Positions 54,991 through 64,000 of a DNA stretch of 64,000 bases are shown piece by piece. The stretch comes from Octopus vulgaris. Its lineage: Eukaryota. Location of the stretch: the NCBI GenBank assembly GCA_951406725.2, contig OX597816.1:19592001-19656000 (forward strand), read 5' to 3'. Within the stretch, counting starts at the first letter, position 1. Each line of letters begins with the position of its first letter. Below the pieces are notes generated by a model, which saw only the letters and a program-made list of their open reading frames with translations, made no database searches and was not told the DNA's origin. The position numbers were made by a program, and so were the translations under genes.

Positions 54991-55933
54991 TATATATATA
55001 TATATATGTGTGTATTCTAAGAGTGTTCTCGTAGTATTTTTTAATTTAGATGCTGCGTTTTCTCACTAGGAAGCTGACTGTGGCTTGCAGGCGATTAACC
55101 CTGGAACATCAGACAAACTCAATAAAATCACACATGCGCAAATATATCACAATATAAAAAAATTATATCTTATAATAAAATTTTCCTTTCATCACATTCT
55201 GTGTTAAAATTTTCACTTTGACAACTGCTTTAACTCTCCTGCTGATAGACAAAATTGATTTTGAAGCTAAATTGTAGACTAAACACTCGGTGCAAAATCA
55301 CTAAGAAACATTTTGTAAAAATTCACAGCGAATTCTCATGGGCAGCAAAGAAGATTTTATTGATTACTCTAAACGTGTGATAATTCTTGTGGAGAAACTG
55401 CTTAAAGATAAAAACATATCTATATATATATTGCAGATACTAGAGGCCCTGCAGTCCATACACGTATGAATACATATTCCATTGCATAACATATAGTTTC
55501 GCTTAGTTATATTATTTCCTGTATTGTTCGAAGGCTTCGGTTTACCCAGGTAACACTTCCACGCAAAACACATGTATACATCAATATTAAATAGTTTTAC
55601 TATTAAAAACACCAATATAAATTTAAACTGTGCTCAAAAGTAGCTAGATCAACTCTGTTTACATGTGGATCTACACACAAACTAACGTCTAATTTCCTGT
55701 CAAAATAAACTCAATTGTTTAATATTGTACGACAAAAATAACAGTACATTAAAAATAAAAACCCTGCATAGCCTGAATTCTCATTTAATAACATTGTGAA
55801 ATGATATCTCTTTGAATCTGAATGGCAATATATCAATATAGTGATTTTGTTCCACAAATGAACACCTTTTACTAGGAGTAGAGAAATAGATAGATGCATA
55901 AAATTATGCTTTTATTATTTTAGATATATTAAA

Positions 55934-56360
55934 GGTGGCGAGCTGGCAGAAACGTTAACACACCGGGCGAAATGCTTAGCGGTATTCCGTCTGTCGTTAC
56001 GTTCTGAGTTCAAATTCCGCCGAGGTCGACTTTGCCTTTCATCCATTCGGGGTCGATAAATTAAGTACCAGTTACGCACTGGGGTTGATGTAATCGACTT
56101 AATCTTTTTGTCTGTCCTTGTTTGTCCCCTCTATGTTTAGCCCCTTGTGGGCAATAAAGAAATAAGAATCGTAAACGCACGAAAGATAGTGTTTAGTGGC
56201 ATTTTGTCTGTCTCTATGTTCTGAACTCAAATTCCGCCACAATATTCTTTCACATTTATTCCGAGGTCGAAAAAATACATACCAGTCAAGTATTGGGGGT
56301 CAACGTAATTGACGTCTTCCTGCAAAAAAGTTCTATATCTGAGTAAAAATTTGAACCCAT
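55934..56360 (+). mobile_element. SINE A copy followed by an older degenerate copy
   Basis: Family A head and body. Confidence 0.85.
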
Positions 56361-56861
56361 TAATTTAGATATATAATTCCACTATGTGTATACACCATGT
56401 GTTTGTATGTGTGTGTGTATGTGTGTGTGTGTGGAAGGGCTTTTTTCAGTTTGCATCAACCAAATCCGTTCACAAGGCCTTGGTCGGCCTGGAGCTCATA
56501 TACACATTAGCAGTCAGTATGCGATTTTGGTAAACGATCTGGACATGGTGTGGTTCTGAATGAGGCCAAGCAGATAATATGAGATACAACAAAAATATCT
56601 GCGCGATATACGCTTTAACTTTTAAATTGCCATCTACAAAATTGATGTGGTAACATTATCACCGTTTGTGGAATGAAATATTTGTTACCAGCTGATTGCA
56701 GCCACTGTCGCCACACCTTAGGGAACATACAAAAATGGGTTTAACAAAGCATTCATCTCTCTACATTTCTAAGATTGGTATTTAATAGACTTATTTCAGG
56801 AGTTTGATATGAAAAAACCTTTGTTTCATTTCACAGCAATAGTAAGATATCAGTTCATAAT

Positions 56862-57025
56862 ATACTTTTCTACTCTAGGCACAAGGCCCGAAATTTTGGG
56901 TGAGGGTGGCAATCGATTAGATCGACCCCTGTACGCAACTGGAACTTAAGTTATCGATCTCGAAAGGATGAAAAGCAAAATCGACCTCCTCAGAATTTGA
57001 ACTCGGATCGTAAGGACAAACGAAA
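56862..57025 (-). mobile_element. SINE A 3' part
   Basis: Reverse complement of central domain and tail. Confidence 0.8.
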
Positions 57026-58698
57026 TAAAGCTATTAGTTCACATTAGAAAAAGAAATATCAGTGAGTTTTCTTAAAAATACCCCAAGTAATTCTCTACGA
57101 ATTTAAACCTGATCTTTCAGAGATCTTTTCATTTTACCATCCTGACATTCATAGATGATATTGGGGCAGAGTATTAATGCCATAACTTAAGAATCATCCG
57201 TTGACTTAGGGAGCTACAAAATAGTTAAGTATGTATTGACTTTTAAATAACTTTAACAACCATCGATGATGATTTCCAGTTTCGAGTTTTACGGTTTATT
57301 CACCATGTATTATCCATTAAAGCTGAGAAGTAAAGCGCCATCAAAATAACAAGAATTTTTATTCTACTAAATGAATAGCCCCTCCACAGCATATGATTTT
57401 TCGTTTGCTACATATTGATCACCATGTAGCACACGCACAAAAAAGCACGCATATAAACGTCATTAAGGAAAAGTACAAATAGACGCCTGTTGAGACAAAA
57501 ATATAGAATACAAATTATTATACTTGATGATGTTTGACAAGAATTTTAATTAATTAAAGTTACACCTTTACTCATGAAAACAAATATTGGTTCACTGTAG
57601 GTTGTTCGCCTTTTACGAAATGAATTAGCCACTTTGTTAATTAACGTGAGAATTCATCACAGAAGGTGTAATAGTAATTAAAATTTGAATATATTTCCTA
57701 CCATATTTAGAAGGCTAAAAGACAAATTGATAGAAACACACACGCACACACATTGCAGATGTCATAAGAACTTTATAAATGTTTCGAGCGGTGAAACTCT
57801 TTTATGGACTCAGAGATGTGAAAGAGTATTACGTGAAGATATAAACTATAGCATGTAAATATTTGATTGCAAAACCCCTTTGAAATAGCGAAAACAAAAA
57901 TACTGCCTATGTGATTCGAACACACATTTCGTACAGACAATTCAGGAATAATATTTTTAGGCCAAAGACATCCCTAGAAAATTTCCATTTTAGGAACTTC
58001 ATACTTACTAGTGAAAATTATATGTTACTGACGCCAAACTAATTTGCTATAATAAAAAGATATTTAGCAGCAAATGATATATAAATATTTGCGTATTTTA
58101 TATAATTTAGTTATTTATTTTATATATATTTTATAGCGATTCTTGAAAATCTAATAGATGACAGACCCTCTTCATGCTACGTTAATTTTGTTTTCAAGGC
58201 TTATTTGAATAAATTAAAGACAACCGTCTCTCTGAACAAAGAATCTGATAATTCCTAATTATTGTTGTTATCAAGATAGAATAGTATATTGAGAATATTG
58301 TAGAAAATGTTTGCAAAAATATTGTCTTTGCATGAGAACAGAATGGACTAAAATTGACAGTATGTAGAGAAACACATGAGCCAATGCTCCAAAAGGACAA
58401 TATCACAACAGGAACAAAGAAGAAAATGTACATTCTCAGTGCTTTCAGATCTTTTTTATCTTCTGTGAAAAATGAAGATGAGGAGCCAAGGGAGATAGAC
58501 AGCCGCCAACTGATGAATGGTCAGTGTTAGCGCTTTCCTGTTCTCCATTTGTCTCTCTCTTTGCGTATTTGAACTTATTTGTTTTCGTATTTCATGTTGT
58601 TTACTGTTGGTGGCGTCCTGTCCCCATATATGCATACAGGAAAACAGAAAGACCGACCGTTCATCAATTGGCGGCTGTCTATCTACTCCTCATTTTGA

Positions 58699-59110
58699 GG
58701 AGTGGCTGTGTGGTAAGTAGCTTGCTAACCAATCACATGGTTCCGGGTTCAGTCCCACTTCGTGGCATCTTGGGCAAGTGTCTTCTGTTATAGCCCCGGG
58801 CCGACCAATGCCTTGTGAGTGTATTTGGTAGACGGAAACTGAAAGAAGCCTGTCGTATATATGTATGTATATATATGTATGTGTGTGTTTGTTTGTGTGT
58901 CTGTGTTTGTCTCCCTAGCATTGCTTGACAATCGATGCTGGTGTGTTTACGTCCCCGTTTCTTAGCGGTTCGGCAAAAGAGACCGATAGAATAAGTACTG
59001 GGCTTACAAAGAATAAGTCCCGGGGTCGATTTGCTCGACTAAAGGCGGTGCTCCAGCATGGCTGCAGTCAAATGACTGAAACAAGTAAAAGAGTAAAAGA
59101 GTAAAAGAGT
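58699..59110 (+). mobile_element. SINE family B, full length
   Basis: Head, core and tail with (GTAAAAGA)3. Confidence 0.92.
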
Positions 59111-60444
59111 AATATATATGACGATGATCCGCCTTTCCACGGCCAGCCCCAAAATTATGTACTATTTGGACAGAATGCTTTAGACGTGGCGAACGCTAAG
59201 TTGTTTCAGTGAATACTTTTGTAGCAAATGAAATAAAAGAGTTAGCTGCTGCTTAACCAGCAAGAGTGCGAATACTCCCACATACCATCGTCCCTACAGG
59301 TTGCTTCTAATATTACTTGAAATAGAGCTTATGAATTCCAAATACAGACAAGAATAGAACGACATTTCTCTCAGCAAAGTATTCTTCAATAAAATTTTAG
59401 ATTAAAAAATGAGAAAAGTGTGTAATGAAAATAATAGCCAAAAAATACATGGATACTTTATGGCTGTTATCGAATTCTTTATTTTTGAATTTTACTTTAT
59501 ATATTTAATGAATATTTCAACAATATGGAAATAGACATAACAGCATTAAGTGTAATTACCTTAGATAAACTGTGAGACTGAAAAATATTTCATAGTTAAT
59601 TATATTTGACGTATATGAAGATACGTATAACATATGAATACTAGTATAAATGCATATATATCTCTGACAGTGAGATAGAATGTATACATGCATGTAGGTG
59701 TGTAGCGACTTTGTATATACGTAAGAATGTCTAAAACATTTTGAGTAGAATCTATATTTTGTAAGTAATTGTGTTGAAATTGCTGAATATTGTAATGTAA
59801 AGTAAAGCATCACTACAACATACTTTTAAACATTTTATAGATTATATAGCTAAAGTTTAAATTCAAAGGATATACTTGTCTTTGATATCGTTAATGTATT
59901 GCAGGTGAAATTGACAGATTCTGCATATGTTTATTATCAGATATTTTGTAGTTCGCGAACAACTATAAAGTTGGTTACGGTTTCTAAAACATCAACCTAT
60001 TTTCTTGTTCCGTTTCTGACCAAATAACAAATGTTTCTTATCGAGTATACGTAAGGTGCCTTTATGATATATTAGTGGTTATGTATTGTCGTATTTATAC
60101 GCCGTAATATATGATAGTCTCACCTGTTGAAGACGAAGTATGAGCGTTCAGCTATTACTGAACGACGTGCACAAATGATTTGCTTATAGTGATCAAATGC
60201 ATACACTGCACATTTGATCACTCCCTTCATCATATCGACATTGCCTGAATAGGTGCACGGTGTGACGCACGTCAGGTGCAGAATTGATCGCAGAGCAACG
60301 TGCGATGAAGTGCTATTCTAAAGAAGACAACACACCAGTGGGTGGTAGAAATTGAAAAGGCGATCTAACAAACATGAATATAGCATCCTAACCACTAGGC
60401 CATTAGCCTCTTATGGGTCATTATCTATCTATTATTATTATCTA

Positions 60445-60504
<60 letters not shown>

Positions 60505-61056
60505 CATACACACATACATTATTGTTTAAAACTCACGCATCAGACAGAATCGTCAGCACGCTAGACGAAATGCTTAACGGTGTTTCACCTGCCGTGACGT
60601 TCTGAGGTAACGTCGAGGTCTACATTGCCTTTCATCCCTTCGGGGTCGATATCTTATGTACCAGTAAAACACTGGGATTGATATGATCAACTAGTCCCCT
60701 ACCCAAAATTTTCAGCCCTTATGCCTATAATAGAAATTATTAGGTGATGAAAACACATTTTATTTTGCTGTGCATGATGGAAAGAGTCAGTCGTCCACAG
60801 CCAGCAGACAAAGGTGACACTTGTTTGCATGTCGTGCTTCTAGAACCCGACGAAAAATACTTGTAATTCCAAACAATGCTGATTTTTATAAGTGTTCTAC
60901 TTTCACACTTGTATCAATCTTTTTGAGCCGTGCTGGTAGTTGAGTGCTGAACATCCAAGTGCACTAATTACTGTTGGTATCACATCTACTGTCCTCATAC
61001 ATCACAACCTTTGCATTTCCCATTCTTTTTCTTTCTCTCTAATTCCTTTGTCACAG

Positions 61057-61584
61057 GGCGCGAACTTTTTTTCCCCCACGCGAGTACCAGACCCCAGTTT
61101 TGAGCGCATTTGCATACAGCCAACCAGAGCTGAACTATCAAACTAATTTATGAGCGCATAACAAGTGATGCGCGATAAGATAAGGTCACTTGGGAATGAC
61201 CATGCTTCTCTTCTCTTTTAATAATGCTTGTTGTTCTTGTCTTGTTTCAAACATGGCTGCCTCTACTTATATATTTGTGTTGTTGTTTACTTTGTAAAAC
61301 AGTAAGGGGAGAGGGTTGATAGCACATCACACTCTACCCACATCTTCCCATCCACATATTTACCATATGGGGCCCTAACAAAATCCGATAATATGTATAT
61401 ATGCAAATTTATCTAATTACTTCTCTCCTAAAATCAGGCATAACTTTGTGATCGGTCGACTTATAACAACGTTCTTCGTTTTGAGTTTACTTGGTAGAGT
61501 GTGTTTGTTAACTTGAGCTCTGATTGGCTGTATGAAAATGAGTTCATAACTGGGGTCCTGTAATCTCGTGAAAAAAATGTCGCC
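61057..61584. mobile_element. TIR MITE inserted in the RLE domain
   Basis: Imperfect ~85-bp TIRs (ggcgcgaacttttt..gaccccagtt..catacagccaa.cagagct); the LINE reading frame resumes on both sides. Confidence 0.8.
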
Positions 61585-61937
61585 ACCAGGACATGCTGTG
61601 TCGATTATCATGCATATCCGGTTATCGATATCTGGTCCGGTGATCGCACTGAATCATTGAATTCTACATGATTTTGCAAATCTCAATCTCGGTGACATCC
61701 CCTGGGATTTGCTCGTACAACATCATTGCTCTTCATAGGTGTCCACAGAGCTCCCAATGGATTATTCTTGCCACATTCTCATGCTGTCTTTTCGCTAACG
61801 ATACCCTTCTCACCGCACATTCTGCATTTGTCGGACATGTTGTCTACTTTGCATTTCACATAGTCCGTATCGCTTGTTCTTAGGCTGCGCATAGAAGTAC
61901 TTTTGTCTCTATCATCAGACTACGTAGATTAACTTAA

Positions 61938-63640
61938 TCACGGTTGACCCATTTGATTCTGCCCGTTCTTTTTTGCAGTCTGCTTGATTCGCTTTGCTTG
62001 CTTGGTAGCAGTGGTTTCCGACTCTTCATCTGATTCAAGGTTAACGTCTAGTTCCCTTTCGAACTTATAAGCTTCCTTGACAATAGAATGCAGCTTTTTG
62101 CTGCTTTCGTGTTCGCACACAAGTCGCAGCATCCAGTCCTTTGTACTAGATAGGTACCTGTTCATTCCTACAGTAGAGGTCTTATAGCACAGCTCTAATT
62201 GCATCATTCCTCTCCCCCGCTGCTTCTAGGTAGGTACAAGCGGTCTACATCTGCCTTAGGGTGGTGCATGCTCTTGGATGTCAGTAACTTTCTTGTCTTC
62301 CTGTCCAAGCGTTGGAGTTCCGTAAGGTTCCAGTTAATGATGTTAAAACTGTACTGGACTACTGGAAGTGCCAGGGTGTTAATGGCCTCAATGCAATTTT
62401 TGGAGTTGAGTTCAGTCTTCAGTACAAGCCTTATTCTCCTATAATATTCCTTTCTTATCTTTTCCTTCATAGTAGCATGATGTATACCATCTCCTTCGTT
62501 GATTCCTAGGTATTTGTAACTTTCTTGTGGGTCAAGTTCCTTGATGGTAGTGTCAATATCTAATTTAACAGAAGCTGTTTGCCCGAGCTTGCCTCTTACA
62601 AAAGTTGCTTTAGCACACTTATCAAGACCAAAATCCATCCCGATATCATTGCTAAACTCTTTAACAGTTGTTAGCAGCCCTTCTAGCTCTTGGTCATTCC
62701 TGGCAAACAGCTTTAGGTCGTCCATATAGAAAAGGTGGTTTATTAACTTACTAAAAACTTTGTACCCATATCTGGTACTATCCAATTCGTTTGAGAGTGG
62801 GATCAGTGCCATGCAAAAAAGTAATGGAGAGAGGGAGTCACCTTGAAAGATGCCTCGTTTGATGTTGATGCTATTGGACTGGCTCATCCCATTACTATGG
62901 CTTAGAAAGAGACGTGTGTTCCACATGGTCATGCTATTCTCTAAGAATTTTGAGACGACAGGAGAGATCTTGTATATCTCAAGGGCCTTGAGTATCCATT
63001 TATGTGGGACACTGTCATACGCTTTCCTGTAGTCTATCCATGCCATACTCAGGTTTTTGTTTTTGCTCCGGCAATTCTCTACAATCATTCTGTTTATGAG
63101 CAATTGGTCTTTGCACCCATAAGAGTTTCTTTTACAACCTTTTTGAGCTTGTGGAAGGATAGAATTTTGTTCAAGGAAAGCGTACATTCTCTCCGCTATT
63201 ATGGATGTGAGGATTTTGTAGGTGGTGTTGAGACATGTTATTGGCCGGTAATTCTTTGGGTTTTTTGTGTCTTCGGTTTTAGGTAATAGGTAGGTGGTTC
63301 CTTCAGTCAGCCAAGCAGGTATTTGCTCTGGGTTCTGAATGACATCAGACAGAGATGCAGCGAGATTTTCGTGTACCTCTGTCAAACAATTCAGCCAGAA
63401 GTTAGGGATCCGATCCAGTCCTGGGGTTTTCCATTTATGAGCCTTCCTAAGGACACACCTTAGCTCCTCTATTCCTATTGCTTCCCATTTCTGTTCTTCA
63501 AGTTCATCCAGTCTCTCTTTCTCACGTTCTATCCAGTCAGCCTCAGCATTAAACTCTTTTTCGTTGCTCCATACCTTCTTCCAGAACTCCTCCACTTCCT
63601 CAATCTTAGGTGGATCTTCTATGTGTATTTTATGTTTGCC
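61938..63640 (-). pseudogene. Reverse transcriptase ORF fragment, R4/Dong clade (463 aa + 89 aa, frameshift near 62210)
   Basis: KNYRPITCL, QKGCKRNSYGCKDQL, WIDYRKAYDSVPH, RGIFQGDSLSPLLF, LFYMDDLK, GMDFGLDKCA, YKYLG, RLYLPRSSGG. Confidence 0.92.
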
Positions 63641-63641
63641 A

Positions 63642-63642
<1 letters not shown>

Positions 63643-63690
<48 letters not shown>
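63643..63690. repeat. (TTA)n = (TAA)n tract at the LINE 5' junction
   Basis: Visible tandem repeat. Confidence 0.95.
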
Positions 63691-63691
<1 letters not shown>

Positions 63692-64000
63692 AATTATTAG
63701 TATTCCATTTGTTCATGATGTACAAGTATATATATGTGTGTGTGTGATTTTTGGGTGCATAGGCACATAAGGTTTAATACTTATTAATATTATATTTATT
63801 AGTATTATACTATTATAATACTAATACATCTAATACCATTGAAGTAGAGAGTAATAATTATATTAGCACTAAATTTAAATCTAGAAATGAACCTCCGTAT
63901 AATACGGAACTACAAACATTAGAGGATAATATTTGGAAAGTGGTAAAAAACATAGAACTTTATAAATACCCTTATAGACATAATAAATACTTAAGAAACC

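Larger units (their letters stand above)
60743..63642 (-). mobile_element. R4/Dong-clade (RLE-type) non-LTR retrotransposon, 5'-truncated, abutting (TAA)n
   Basis: RT, then remnants DKCRMCGE / HENVARIIHWE / YR*PD / IIDTACPG / VIPTVISALG in the expected order. Confidence 0.88.

Noticed and set aside
60189-60221. Short hairpins as miRNA candidates (also 32171-32202)
   Set aside because: Stems of 11-13 bp are too short and no conserved miRNA seed was recognised.

Overview
This is AT-rich eukaryotic non-coding DNA with no convincing host protein-coding exon, tRNA or rRNA gene. The SINE families and microsatellite density suggest an octopus or other coleoid cephalopod genome (inference), probably a large intron or intergenic region. 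Most entries in the ORF track are microsatellite translations. Real coding remnants all come from retroelements: a 5'-truncated CR1-clade LINE (43.5-45.8 kb), R4/Dong-clade LINE pieces (4.0-4.6 kb and 60.7-63.6 kb), RTE-type 3' ends and a gag-like zinc-knuckle fragment. The window also holds many tRNA-derived SINE copies from at least four head/tail types, two non-autonomous Helitrons, several TIR MITEs (some nested) and a 332-bp foldback palindrome. The most interesting signals are: (1) several unrelated short repeats, mostly set in (TA)n tracts, carrying minimal hammerhead-ribozyme motifs typical of Penelope-like elements, including non-canonical core variants; (2) a SINE and a CR1 LINE sharing a 3' end whose hairpin shows compensatory changes; (3) an R4/Dong element at a (TAA)n tract that looks like a young/old chimera. 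Coordinates were read by eye and repeat boundaries are approximate.
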